Assembly: GCA_026414305.1 (NCBI GenBank)
Contig: JAOAJH010000005.1
Coordinates: 1,612 to 65,611 of the forward strand
DNA: 64,000 nt
DNA from: Candidatus Aenigmatarchaeota archaeon
Lineage (GTDB): Archaea > Aenigmatarchaeota > Aenigmatarchaeia > CG10238-14
Direction of reading: 5' to 3'
Part shown: piece by piece, positions 10,437 to 20,169 of the stretch
Layout: every line of letters begins with the position of its first letter
Numbering within the stretch: position 1 is the first letter of the stretch
Notes under the pieces: generated by a model
Seen by the model: only the letters and a program-made list of their open reading frames with translations
Told to the model about the DNA's origin: nothing
The model's database searches: none
Translations under genes and position numbers: made by a program

Positions 10437-12496
10437 TGTTTCACCTTGAATATAAAGCTGTCTTCATAAAAATATATGGGGTTACCAAATTTTGTCAAAT
10501 TAGCATTTGGGTATTTTCTTTTCTCAACAGATCCATAAAAAATGTATTTTATATTATATTTATTTATTAGATCGTTTGATAATGTTTCATTGTTTGTTTC
10601 ATATATTATCCTTATATCTTTCATCCTTTCTTCAGGCCATATGCCATGATGGATTCCTACATGATTGTTCCATCCAACCAAAGTTTGCAGACCAGTGTAA
10701 GATGAAAATATAGAAGTATAACTAAAAGCATCACCTGAAGCTTCAAGGATTATCTCATTATTTTTTATATTATTTTTAGCCCATTCAATCAATTTGTAGT
10801 CTTCTATATGATATTCTCTCATATACGATAAACCATCAAGACTAACACCAGAATTTATTCCATAATTTAACCTGTCTATAAATGAAAATATAGTCATAGG
10901 CAAACATAAAATTATTAACAAAATCAGTATTAACATAAATATTCTGTCATTTCTCATATTGTATATTACAAAAACACTCGAGATGGACCAAAAAATCCAT
11001 ATATGATAATAAAATTTGAATACAGTATTATATCTAGAATCTATAAAAAATATTTCTGGTAATAGCATAACCAGAGCTCCGAACAACGTCATAATATGGG
11101 CAAACCTGTTTTTATTGTCTAAAATCAATCTTTTTAATGAAAAAAAAGCTATGGGGAAAATTAAAAATGTAAGCGGGATTCCGCTTAACACGTAAATTAA
11201 GATTGAAAAAATGAAAACAAATATTTTTATTTTAAGGTTTTTTTCAACCTTTAAATAATAATAATAGATTGAAAAAATGAAAATTGGAAAAAGAATCAAC
11301 TCATGAAATATGTTACTTTTTTCATTTGAAAAACCAATCTTTGTAAATTTTGAAACTGTGATTGAGTATGGTAAAGAAAACAACATAAACAAAAGAAATG
11401 TTCCTATTATTGTATAAAAAAGATATGATTTTGATATCCTTTTTTCAAAAAAAACAATAAATACAACAGTTATAAATAATGAAAAATAAACTGGAAAATC
11501 CCAAGAATTTGTTATATAAAGCATTGTTAGAACTAAAGCTACAAAAGCAACATGATTTTTTTCATATTTTTTCATCATAAAAATTGCTAAAAATAAAGAT
11601 ATGGCTAAAATCTGTATAGGTAATGAAATTATATGCGAGTGGACTTCACCGAACATCAAATTTGCAAATGGGAATTCGTTTATTGTATTTGGTATCACTC
11701 TTGTACTGGACCAAACAGGAAATGTAAACAAAAAACTGAAAAAATTTTGATCGGGTTTATGACAACACGTCATTGCATATTCTATGTTGAAATTTTTGCT
11801 AAAAACTTCAACGAGTTTTGGGTTAACAAAAGTAAAAATTTGTAAAAAACCTAAAAGATTAGATAAGAAAATAAACAAGAAAATTCCTATGTAGCTAATT
11901 TTTATACTATTTGTAATGCTGTAGCATATTGTGAAAATACCTACAGCCAAAAGTGAATATATCGTTGCTAAGAAAAGATTGAATGTAATTGTAGATTCTA
12001 AATGACTCATTTTTGTCAAAGTAGCTACAGTGAAATGTCCAAAATAATAATAGTTTATATTATGTCCAGAAAACCATGGGTCTTGTGGTGGCATTTTTTC
12101 GCTTTTTAAAATACCATTTATTAGTGAAATATCAAAAAGCTTTTCCAGACCTTCAACTGCTGGTGTCAATGACCTTATCAAACAAAAAATAATAAATGAA
12201 AGAAGAAAGATTAACTCGATTTTATTAACTATTTTTTTGTCAAAAATAATGTTTACTTTTTTCGCTATGAAGAAATTGACTGATGTAAAAATTATAATTG
12301 AAATTATAATGCTTTTTTCATAACCTATTAGGAAGCTTGAATACCAAGAAACAAAACTTAAAACAAAAATACCAAGTATTTTTGATATTCCATATCCTCT
12401 ATCTTTCAATGATGAAAACAGCACAAATGTTAAAGGAAGAGATATAAAACTGATCAATTCCAACAAAATAAACCAAATCAGCATCTCCAATATCAT
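10433..12496 (-). CDS. Chlor_Arch_YYY (DUF2298-like) polytopic GT-C-like membrane protein, paralog of 5712-7997
   Basis: 687 aa with a YYYFGHF motif. Both ends have 4-nt overlaps with the flanking GT2 genes. Confidence 0.6.
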   Translation of the reverse strand: MILEMLIWFILLELISFISLPLTFVLFSSLKDRGYGISKILGIFVLSFVSWYSSFLIGYEKSIIISIIIFTSVNFFIAKKVNIIFDKKIVNKIELIFLLSFIIFCLIRSLTPAVEGLEKLFDISLINGILKSEKMPPQDPWFSGHNINYYYFGHFTVATLTKMSHLESTITFNLFLATIYSLLAVGIFTICYSITNSIKISYIGIFLFIFLSNLLGFLQIFTFVNPKLVEVFSKNFNIEYAMTCCHKPDQNFFSFLFTFPVWSSTRVIPNTINEFPFANLMFGEVHSHIISLPIQILAISLFLAIFMMKKYEKNHVAFVALVLTMLYITNSWDFPVYFSLFITVVFIVFFEKRISKSYLFYTIIGTFLLFMLFSLPYSITVSKFTKIGFSNEKSNIFHELILFPIFIFSIYYYYLKVEKNLKIKIFVFIFSILIYVLSGIPLTFLIFPIAFFSLKRLILDNKNRFAHIMTLFGALVMLLPEIFFIDSRYNTVFKFYYHIWIFWSISSVFVIYNMRNDRIFMLILILLIILCLPMTIFSFIDRLNYGINSGVSLDGLSYMREYHIEDYKLIEWAKNNIKNNEIILEASGDAFSYTSIFSSYTGLQTLVGWNNHVGIHHGIWPEERMKDIRIIYETNNETLSNDLINKYNIKYIFYGSVEKRKYPNANLTKFGNPIYFYEDSFIFKVKQ

Positions 12497-13191
12497 TGTT
12501 TCAACTCTTTTCTGAGTCTAAAAATGTTTTTCATATAGTTGCTTACGGTCTTCCATATTTTTACAGTCGAGCCTTTGTCTTCAGTCCATTTAACGGGTAT
12601 TTCTTTTAGTTTGTAGCCGAATCTTTGACCCTTGACAAGCAGTTCAGTGTCAAAAAACCATTCGTTGTCTGATATTTTTGGCAAAAGCTCTGTTGCAACT
12701 TTTTTGTTTATAGCCTTGAAACCGCACTGAGCATCCTTGAAATCAACGTTCAAAAATAGCTTCAACAAAAAGTTATAACCTTTTGACAAAACATCTCTTT
12801 TAAAAGACCTTTCTAATTCAGATTCTTTTAGATGTCTTGATCCAAAAGAAATATCATATCCCTTTTCAATTGCATCTGTAAGCTCCTTTAAATGTTTCAA
12901 GTCAGTGGACAAGTCTATATCCATATAGCACATTATATCGGCGTCAGTTGATTGCCAAGCAGTTTTTAGCGCACGGCCTCTTCCCTTTTGTGGTAAATGT
13001 ATATACTTTATCTGTTTGTATTCTTTAGACAGTTTCTTGGCTATATCCAGAGTTGCATCGGTAGAAGCATTGTCTGCTATTAAAATTTCAAAATCCTTGT
13101 AGTTTTTCTTACAAATTTCCAAAACCTTCAAAGCGCTTGATTCAAGCTGTTCTTGCTCATTGTAAACAGGTAAAGTAACGCATACCTTCAT
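12493..13191 (-). CDS. GT2 glycosyltransferase, DPM1-like polyprenol-phosphate hexose synthase
   Basis: LPVYNEQE...ADNASTD...DAQCGFKAINK motifs. Confidence 0.7.
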   Translation of the reverse strand: MKVCVTLPVYNEQEQLESSALKVLEICKKNYKDFEILIADNASTDATLDIAKKLSKEYKQIKYIHLPQKGRGRALKTAWQSTDADIMCYMDIDLSTDLKHLKELTDAIEKGYDISFGSRHLKESELERSFKRDVLSKGYNFLLKLFLNVDFKDAQCGFKAINKKVATELLPKISDNEWFFDTELLVKGQRFGYKLKEIPVKWTEDKGSTVKIWKTVSNYMKNIFRLRKELKQ

Positions 13192-13222
13192 TCAATCAAT
13201 TATATATAAAATAGAAAGATTT

Positions 13223-14521
13223 TTAACTCTTTACATATTTGCTTGCCAGCTCAGCCATTTCAGTACCTATTTTTATGCTCAAGTTTACAGATCTTTCAGG
13301 ATACATGTTAAACAAGCCGCCTATGAAAAATCCTTTAAGGGGGGTTTCATAGTTTAAAAAGTTTTTCTTGAAGCCTTTTTTGTAAATGACGCCTGCATTA
13401 AATCCTTTGAACACTTTGTACCATTTAATGTCGCTTTTTTTGATATCCTGAAATAATTTTTGAAGTTCTGAAAAATATTTCTCCCATATCTGGTCTTCAC
13501 TCATCTGCCATATTGGCGAGTTGTTGCTTGGGTATCTGGCAACATAAAGCAAATACCCATCATAATATTTTAATGGCTGAAAATTTGTATGCTCAATCAG
13601 AGCACCTATCTCAGACTCCTTTACGATGTTTACCCAATAATAATCTGTAAGTTTTCTCTTCATGCTTACAAGTATGCACAAAGATCCTTGATATTCTATT
13701 TTTTCCAACCTTTTGGAGAATTTTTCATCAAACAATCCATAGTTTATGAGGAATTTTGGTGGTATTGTGCTTATTATTGATTTAGATGTTATTGTTTTTT
13801 CACCCATCTTAACAGAATAAAAATTGTTTGACATTGTTATTGCATCAACACTAGAATTAAGAAAAACGTCAACCTTGTTTTTGATAACTCTCTTTTCAAG
13901 TTCATCTAAAAGGACTTTAAAGCCGCCTTTTATGTAACCTAATTTTTCTCCTTTAATGCTTCTTTCACCTCTCATGTTTATTCTTTCTACAAACCATGCA
14001 GCTGATGCTTGCTCTGCCTTGTCGCCAAATTTGCTTTTAAGAAGAGGCTCGAACATTTTTTTGTAAAGACTCCTGCTAGAATTTTTAATTATCCATTCTT
14101 TTGCGGATATGCCGTCAAGCTTTTCATAATCCTTTGAAAGCTTTACAATTATCATAAGCTTTACAAATTGCATTTTCTCTATCATATTCAATGGCTTGAA
14201 AAACAATATGTGCTGAGGCGCAGAAAGCTCGTAAATACCATTGTCAAAAAGAAAGGCTGTTTTGGTGTACTGCCAAACTATCTTTTTTTTCAAGCCAAGC
14301 TCTTTCATTTTCTCCATAAGATAGCTGTCTATTGTAAAAAAGTGATGATAAAATGCTTCTATAAAACTTTTTCCAGACTTTACAGAATACAAAAGGCCGC
14401 CTAAACTAGGACCTTTTTCTATTATAGCTGTTTTTAACCCTTTTTTGGAGCATTCATGAGCTGCCGCAAGCCCTGTAATACCGCCGCCTATGACAATTAC
14501 ATCATAATCCATAAAAATCAA
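13223..14521 (-). CDS. FAD/NAD(P)-binding oxidoreductase (amine-oxidase / phytoene-desaturase-like fold); first gene of the glycosylation operon
   Basis: N-terminal Rossmann motif DVIVIGGGITGLAAA ... IEKGPSLGG. Confidence 0.55.
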   Translation of the reverse strand: MIFMDYDVIVIGGGITGLAAAHECSKKGLKTAIIEKGPSLGGLLYSVKSGKSFIEAFYHHFFTIDSYLMEKMKELGLKKKIVWQYTKTAFLFDNGIYELSAPQHILFFKPLNMIEKMQFVKLMIIVKLSKDYEKLDGISAKEWIIKNSSRSLYKKMFEPLLKSKFGDKAEQASAAWFVERINMRGERSIKGEKLGYIKGGFKVLLDELEKRVIKNKVDVFLNSSVDAITMSNNFYSVKMGEKTITSKSIISTIPPKFLINYGLFDEKFSKRLEKIEYQGSLCILVSMKRKLTDYYWVNIVKESEIGALIEHTNFQPLKYYDGYLLYVARYPSNNSPIWQMSEDQIWEKYFSELQKLFQDIKKSDIKWYKVFKGFNAGVIYKKGFKKNFLNYETPLKGFFIGGLFNMYPERSVNLSIKIGTEMAELASKYVKS

Positions 14522-14541
14522 TAATCGGTTAAATTTATAAA

Positions 14542-15051
14542 CTATTCAAAATTTATATCAACATCAACTTTCATTATCTCGTCTGCAAGATGCTTGAAGA
14601 AATCTGGATCTATTTTTATTATATTTTTGTCTGAAGACGGTATTCTCACTATGTATTTGCTTTTTTCTCCATGATATACAACATTTACGCCTATTATGTT
14701 TATGGGCCTCAATATTTCTTTTGAAAAATCTACAATGTTTGAATCATATGGGGCTACTATGATCTTTTTGGAAATGGATTTTTCAATTTTCTTTGCAACT
14801 ATGCCGTTTTTGCCTATTATTTTGGAAATGTCGTTTTTCTTACAAAATATTACCGCAAAATTGTTGTTTGACAAAACCCTTTTTATTTCAACGTCACCTA
14901 AATGCTTCATGTCCTTTATGGACTTGTGTATTTTTTTGTATGTTTCTATTTCTTCCTTGCTGTAGCCTTTTCTAGACAGATGCTTGCAGCTATCACAAAA
15001 GCTGCCTGATTTCACGCATTTGTTACAAACAGGGAATTTCATGGCCATCAC
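14542..15051 (-). CDS. KH-domain RNA-binding protein with N-terminal Cys4 zinc ribbon
   Basis: CNKC...CDSC near the N-terminus. KH-like IIGKNGIVAKKIEKSISKKIIV. Stop is TAG. Confidence 0.45.
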   Translation of the reverse strand: MMAMKFPVCNKCVKSGSFCDSCKHLSRKGYSKEEIETYKKIHKSIKDMKHLGDVEIKRVLSNNNFAVIFCKKNDISKIIGKNGIVAKKIEKSISKKIIVAPYDSNIVDFSKEILRPINIIGVNVVYHGEKSKYIVRIPSSDKNIIKIDPDFFKHLADEIMKVDVDINFE

Positions 15052-15092
15052 TTGAATACATTAATAAAAAAATTAAAATTTAACTATTTTGT

Positions 15093-16238
15093 ATGGAAAT
15101 AGGCCTCATAGGAAAGCCTTCAAGCGGAAAAAGCAGCTTTTTCAAGGCTGCAACTGACAATGAAGTTGAAATAGACTCCAGACCATTCACAACAATAAAA
15201 CCAAACGTGGGGATTGCATATGTAACAGTGGATTGTGCTGAAAAAAAATTCGATGTAAAATGCAATCCAAGACATGGAAAGTGTATTAATGGAAAGAGAT
15301 ATATACCAGTCAAACTTTGGGACATTGCCGGAATTGTACCTGACGCGCACTTGGGAAAGGGCTTGGGTTTGAAATTTCTCGATGACATAAGACAAGCTGA
15401 TGTTTTAATCCATGTTGTTGATGTATCAGGAAAGACAGATCAAGAAGGCAATCCCACAAGCAGTCATGATCCATTGAAAGATGTGGAATTTGTGGAAAAT
15501 GAAATTGATGAGTGGTTTTTTGACATAATAAACAGAGGTATGGAAAAATACAAAACAAAGTTGAGAACTTCAAAAGTTGAGTTGAAAGATGTTTTATATG
15601 AGCAGCTTTCTGGCTTGAATGTTTCCAAACATGCTATTGAGGATGCAATTAGAATTGCCGGAACGGATAACATAAGAGTTTTTGCCAAAGAATTGAGAAA
15701 ATTATCAAAACCAATAATTGTTGCTGCAAACAAAATTGATGCCAATGGATCTGAGAAAAATTTTCATTCATTGGCTTCAAAATACAAAAATGTTGTTCCT
15801 GTTTCAAGTTTGGCCGAAATAATATTGCATAAATTAATCGGTGAAGGGAAGATTGAACTGGCAGAAGGGAAGATTGGCCTGAAAGGTGAATTGACAGAAA
15901 ATGAAAAAAATGCTGTCAAAATAATAGAAGATATAATATCAAAATATGGGTCTACAGGTGTTCAGGAATGTATAAACAAAGCCGTTTTTGAACTCTTGGG
16001 GTGCATAGTTGTCTATCCGGTTTCCGATATAAATAAGCTTTCAGACAGCAAAAATAATATCTTGCCAGACGCATTAATTATTAAAAAAGGCACGAAATTG
16101 AGGGAGTTTGCATATATGATACATACAGACATAGGTGACAAATTTATAGGTGGTATTGACGCAGTAAAAAAAATAAAGCTGTCTGCAGAATATGAATTAA
16201 AAAACAATGATGTTGTTGAAATACTTGTGAGAAGGTGA
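15093..16238 (+). CDS. Obg-family GTPase, YchF/DRG-like with C-terminal TGS domain
   Basis: G1 GLIGKPSSGKSSFFKA, PFTTIKPNVG, G4 NKID, and a C-terminal TGS-like segment ALIIKKGTKLREFAYMIHTDIGDKFIGG. Confidence 0.7.
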   Translation: MEIGLIGKPSSGKSSFFKAATDNEVEIDSRPFTTIKPNVGIAYVTVDCAEKKFDVKCNPRHGKCINGKRYIPVKLWDIAGIVPDAHLGKGLGLKFLDDIRQADVLIHVVDVSGKTDQEGNPTSSHDPLKDVEFVENEIDEWFFDIINRGMEKYKTKLRTSKVELKDVLYEQLSGLNVSKHAIEDAIRIAGTDNIRVFAKELRKLSKPIIVAANKIDANGSEKNFHSLASKYKNVVPVSSLAEIILHKLIGEGKIELAEGKIGLKGELTENEKNAVKIIEDIISKYGSTGVQECINKAVFELLGCIVVYPVSDINKLSDSKNNILPDALIIKKGTKLREFAYMIHTDIGDKFIGGIDAVKKIKLSAEYELKNNDVVEILVRR

Positions 16239-16242
16239 TTTT

Positions 16243-17361
16243 TTGAGAATAGCGCTTGTTAGTTCAAATTCATTTCATTCTTACGGTGGTATACAAAATC
16301 ATGTGTTGGGTCTTTACAATTATCTTAAAAGCAAAGGTCATTATGTTAAAATAATATCTCCTAAATTCAAAAATGAAAGGCCTGTAAATCATGATCACAT
16401 ATTTGTGGGGCAATCGACTAAAATCAGCATGAATGGTGGCTTGACAGACTTTACAATCCTGACAAAAAAGGATAATTTAAAGCAGCTTTTTGAAAACGAA
16501 AAGTTTGACATAATTCATATACACAACCCCAATCTTATGATATCATTGCAAATTTTGGCAAATTCAAATTCTAAAAATATAATCACCTTTCATGTTTTAC
16601 CTGATCAAAGCTCTTTGTACGGCATTTTTAAGCGTGTGATAAAAGGTCTCAAAAAAATAAAAATTTACAAAAAAATAAACGGTGTAATATATGTTTCAAA
16701 GCCAGTAAAAAAATATTTTGCTAGATACTTTAGATTCAAAAGCCAGATTATACCAAACGGGATTGAAATTGAAAGGTTCAATTCAAATGAAAAAATTGAA
16801 AAGTTCAATGATGGCAAAATAAACCTTCTTTTTTTGAGCAGGATTGAAAAGAGAAAAGGATTGATATATCTTATAAAAGCCTTTGAGATTTTAAGGAAAA
16901 AAAATGATAAAATAAGGCTAATTGTAGCTGGTACAGGCAATCTTGAAAAAGCGTGCAAAAAATATGTTCAAAAAAGAAAAATTCCTGATGTGGAATTTGT
17001 TGGAAGCATAAGCGATGAGGACAAGATAAAGTATTATAACACATGTGACATATTTTGTGCGCCTTCTATATTTGGAGAAAGTTTTGGCATAGTTTTAATT
17101 GAAGCCATGGCAAGTGGAAAGCCCATAGTTGGTTTTGCAAACAAAGGATACAAAACATTGCTTTCTGGTAAAGCAGGAAAGTTTTTGGCAAAACCAAAAA
17201 ATCACAACAGCCTGGCAAGAAAAATAAACATTCTTTTGAAAAACAAAGAATTAAGAGAAGAGATTGGCAAATGGGGAAAAGAGGAAGTGAAAAACTATTC
17301 TTGGAATGTTGTTGGTGAAAAAATAGAAAATTTCTACAGGAGTGTTTTAAATGAAAAATAG
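16243..17361 (+). CDS. GT4 (GT-B fold) glycosyltransferase
   Basis: FGESFGIVLIEAMASGKPIV matches the E-x7-E motif region. Confidence 0.7.
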   Translation: MRIALVSSNSFHSYGGIQNHVLGLYNYLKSKGHYVKIISPKFKNERPVNHDHIFVGQSTKISMNGGLTDFTILTKKDNLKQLFENEKFDIIHIHNPNLMISLQILANSNSKNIITFHVLPDQSSLYGIFKRVIKGLKKIKIYKKINGVIYVSKPVKKYFARYFRFKSQIIPNGIEIERFNSNEKIEKFNDGKINLLFLSRIEKRKGLIYLIKAFEILRKKNDKIRLIVAGTGNLEKACKKYVQKRKIPDVEFVGSISDEDKIKYYNTCDIFCAPSIFGESFGIVLIEAMASGKPIVGFANKGYKTLLSGKAGKFLAKPKNHNSLARKINILLKNKELREEIGKWGKEEVKNYSWNVVGEKIENFYRSVLNEK

Positions 17362-17701
17362 CCTTTTGTTTTTAGCAAGATTTGTTTTTGTATTTCATGT
17401 ATTTTGGGTGCTTTTTGTAATATTTGGTGTGTTTTACAGATACCCAGGCATTTTATGGGATTTGCATCTTTTCATGACATTCGGGCTACTTTTAGGGGTT
17501 TTGCTAAACGAATGCCCTTTGACAACTTTGGAAAGGTATATAAGAAAAAAGGCTGGGCAAAAAAACATTCCAAACAGAGGATCCAGGTTTCTTGAAGTCT
17601 TCAAAGACATTACAGGAATAACTTTACCAAACAACTTGATGAGGGTTCTTGGGTTTGTATACTTTGCTTTGGGCTTGCTGCCCCATTTGGTTAAGTATTA
17701 A
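17351..17701 (+). CDS. Small hypothetical membrane protein
   Basis: 116 aa with 3 TM segments. The start overlaps the stop of the upstream GT4 gene. Confidence 0.3.
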   Translation: MKNSLLFLARFVFVFHVFWVLFVIFGVFYRYPGILWDLHLFMTFGLLLGVLLNECPLTTLERYIRKKAGQKNIPNRGSRFLEVFKDITGITLPNNLMRVLGFVYFALGLLPHLVKY

Positions 17702-17729
17702 AAAAACTAATTTCATAATATTTGTTTGT

Positions 17730-17993
17730 ATGAAAAACCTGAAAATAATATGCTTTGTAGATGATCAAGGGCCTTCGCAAATTCAAAAATCCATAGTGAA
17801 TGATCTACAGAAAGGCTTGAAAAACGTGGAATTTAAAATTGTTGATGTTAAAAGCGATGGAGAAGACATATCAAAGTACAATATAAAAGAATTTCCAAGC
17901 ATAATTATTCAATCTGACAAAGATCATATGAAATTTTCTGGTCTTACGCAGCAGATATTTATAGAAAGGGCAATAGATAAATTGCTCAAATAG
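17730..17993 (+). CDS. Small hypothetical protein, possibly thioredoxin-fold without CxxC
   Basis: In-frame ATG at 17730 (MKNLKIICFVDDQ...) inside the track ORF 17649-17993. Weak call. Confidence 0.25.
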   Translation: MKNLKIICFVDDQGPSQIQKSIVNDLQKGLKNVEFKIVDVKSDGEDISKYNIKEFPSIIIQSDKDHMKFSGLTQQIFIERAIDKLLK

Positions 17994-18005
17994 ATTATTA
18001 TTTTT

Positions 18006-19508
18006 ATGAAAAATCTGTCATATGTTAATTATGAAAAATTCAAGCCAAGGATTTATCAAGAACTTATAGCAAACACAGCAATAAAGAAAAACACGCTTTG
18101 CATACTTCCTACAGGTCTTGGAAAAACATATGTAGCAATTCTGGTAGCTTCTTGGATTCTTGAAAATACAAGAGGCAAGGTTTTGATGATAGCGCCAACA
18201 AGGCCATTGGTGAATCAGCACATGAAAACTTTTTCATCATCTATGAATATTGACAAAAAACTTCTTGTAGCTCTTACAGGCAAAATAAGGCAGGATGACA
18301 GGAAAGAATTGTACAAGATTGGGAAAATATTTTTTGCCACTCCACAAATAATAAAGAATGATGTTGATAGTGGCTTGCTTGACTTGTCTGAATTCAGCTT
18401 ACTTGTGGTTGACGAATGCCATAGATCTGTAAAAAAATATGCTTACACAGAAGTTGCTGAAAGATATTTCAACCAATCATATCACCCTCTTGTTTTGGGA
18501 TTGACAGCATCGCCAGGTGGTATGCAAGATAAGATTGACGAAGTAAAAAAGAAGTTGAGAATAGATGCGATTGAGGTCAGAACAGAAAAGGATGTTGATG
18601 TGCAGCCATATGTCAAGCAGACAAAAATTGAGCAGATTTACGTTGAACTACCTGAAGATTTCATATGGATAAAAAATCTGCTTGAAGATTATTATAGACA
18701 AAGGCTTAACGAGCTTCTAAGAGCTGGCTTGATATTTTCCATGAGAACAAGCAAAAAAGAGCTATTGGATTTGCAAAAAAGAATCGGTAAATTGTATGAT
18801 GAAACAAAAGATAAAAACGCAGCAAGGTTTCTTGTTATATGCTCTCAAGCAATAAAAATCGAACATGCATTATCTTTGATTGAGACACAAGGGATATATT
18901 CTTTGCATAGGTATTTTCTTGAAATGAAAAAAAATGGGACATCTTCTTCAAAATCCATAATAAATGACAAAAGAATCTCAGAGGCATTGAAAAGGATAAA
19001 TGAGCTTTATGTTAAAGGTGTTGAGCATCCAAAAATGCTAAAGCTTGTTGAAATAATAAAAAATGAAGTTGAAATGAAAAAAAACGTGAAAATAATTGTT
19101 TTTGCGAACTTCAGAGACACTGTTAGCCAAATAAGATCATATCTTTCTAAAAGTGGCATAGAGTCAAGAGAATTTATAGGTCAGGCTAAAAAAGGTGGTA
19201 AAGGTTTGTCACAAAAAGAGCAGATACAAATGATAAATGAGTTTGAATACGAAATGTTCAATGTTCTTATTGCAACAAGCATAGGCGAAGAAGGCTTGTC
19301 TATACCCGCTGTTGACATAGTCATATTTTACGAGCCTGTACCCAGCGAGATAAGAACAATACAAAGAAGGGGAAGGACTGGAAGGACAGAATCCGGAAGA
19401 GTCATATTTTTAATAACAAAAAACACAAGGGATGAATGGTATTATTGGAGTGCTTTTAACAAAGAAAAAAGAATGAAAAACATTATAAATGAATTAAAGA
19501 CAAAATGA
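18006..19508 (+). CDS. hef: Hef/FANCM-type SF2 DEAH helicase; helicase part of a split Hef
   Basis: Motif I ILPTGLGKT, motif II LLVVDECH, motif III TASPG and motif VI QRRGRTGR. About 500 aa, the size of the Hef helicase region. Confidence 0.8.
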   Translation: MKNLSYVNYEKFKPRIYQELIANTAIKKNTLCILPTGLGKTYVAILVASWILENTRGKVLMIAPTRPLVNQHMKTFSSSMNIDKKLLVALTGKIRQDDRKELYKIGKIFFATPQIIKNDVDSGLLDLSEFSLLVVDECHRSVKKYAYTEVAERYFNQSYHPLVLGLTASPGGMQDKIDEVKKKLRIDAIEVRTEKDVDVQPYVKQTKIEQIYVELPEDFIWIKNLLEDYYRQRLNELLRAGLIFSMRTSKKELLDLQKRIGKLYDETKDKNAARFLVICSQAIKIEHALSLIETQGIYSLHRYFLEMKKNGTSSSKSIINDKRISEALKRINELYVKGVEHPKMLKLVEIIKNEVEMKKNVKIIVFANFRDTVSQIRSYLSKSGIESREFIGQAKKGGKGLSQKEQIQMINEFEYEMFNVLIATSIGEEGLSIPAVDIVIFYEPVPSEIRTIQRRGRTGRTESGRVIFLITKNTRDEWYYWSAFNKEKRMKNIINELKTK

Positions 19509-19512
19509 TTTT

Positions 19513-20169
19513 ATGCAGTCAACACTTAAAACCAACAATGTTTTTATCCTTGCTGATGACAGGGAAAGCAAAAGTAACGTGTGCTTTTATCTCAAAGAAT
19601 TTGGCGCAAATGTCAGCTTCAAAAGGCTTGAAGTAGGTGATTTTCTTGTTTCTGACAGCATATGCATTGAAAGAAAGTCATCTAATGATTTCATAAATTC
19701 AATAATTGACGGCAGGCTGTTTGAGCAGGCAGAAAACATAAAAAACAATTTCAAGAAAGGAATAATTATGATAGAAGGAAACAATGCTGACGGCAGAATA
19801 ACTGAAAACGCGCTCAAAGCCAGCATAGCAACTGTCATAGTCAATTATGATGTAGATGTTTTAAGAACTGAAAACGAAAAGGAAACGGCCAGAATGATTT
19901 ATTACATAGCCAAAAAAGAACAGGAGCAAGGAAAGTCTGTTGTTATCAAAGGCAAGAGAAAAGGCAAGCAAATAGATGAGCTTCAATTACAGCTTTTGTG
20001 CTCTCTGCCTGGAATTTCAAACGGCCTTTCCAAAAAAATAACTGAAAAGTTTTCAAATATAAAAGAATTTGTAAATGCTGACCAAGACGAAATAAGAAAG
20101 ATAAAAGGTCTTGGCAAGACAAATGCAAAAAAAATATATGAAATATTCAATCAAGAGTGGAAAAAATGA
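19513..20169 (+). CDS. hef: ERCC4/XPF-type nuclease with C-terminal (HhH)2; nuclease part of Hef, encoded as a separate ORF
   Basis: GDFLVSDSICIERKSSNDFINSIIDGRLFEQ (the ERK nuclease motif), plus C-terminal LPGISNGLSKKI...IKGLGKTNAKKIYE helix-hairpin-helix pair. It starts 5 nt after the helicase stop, in a different frame. Confidence 0.75.
   Translation: MQSTLKTNNVFILADDRESKSNVCFYLKEFGANVSFKRLEVGDFLVSDSICIERKSSNDFINSIIDGRLFEQAENIKNNFKKGIIMIEGNNADGRITENALKASIATVIVNYDVDVLRTENEKETARMIYYIAKKEQEQGKSVVIKGKRKGKQIDELQLQLLCSLPGISNGLSKKITEKFSNIKEFVNADQDEIRKIKGLGKTNAKKIYEIFNQEWKK

Noticed and set aside
14542-15051. NusA-like transcription factor
   Set aside because: Only one KH-like segment plus a Zn ribbon is visible, which is not enough to assign NusA versus other KH proteins.
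15080-15745. Several 87-102-aa minus-strand ORFs
   Set aside because: They are antisense to the well-supported GTPase gene 15093-16238, with no motifs.
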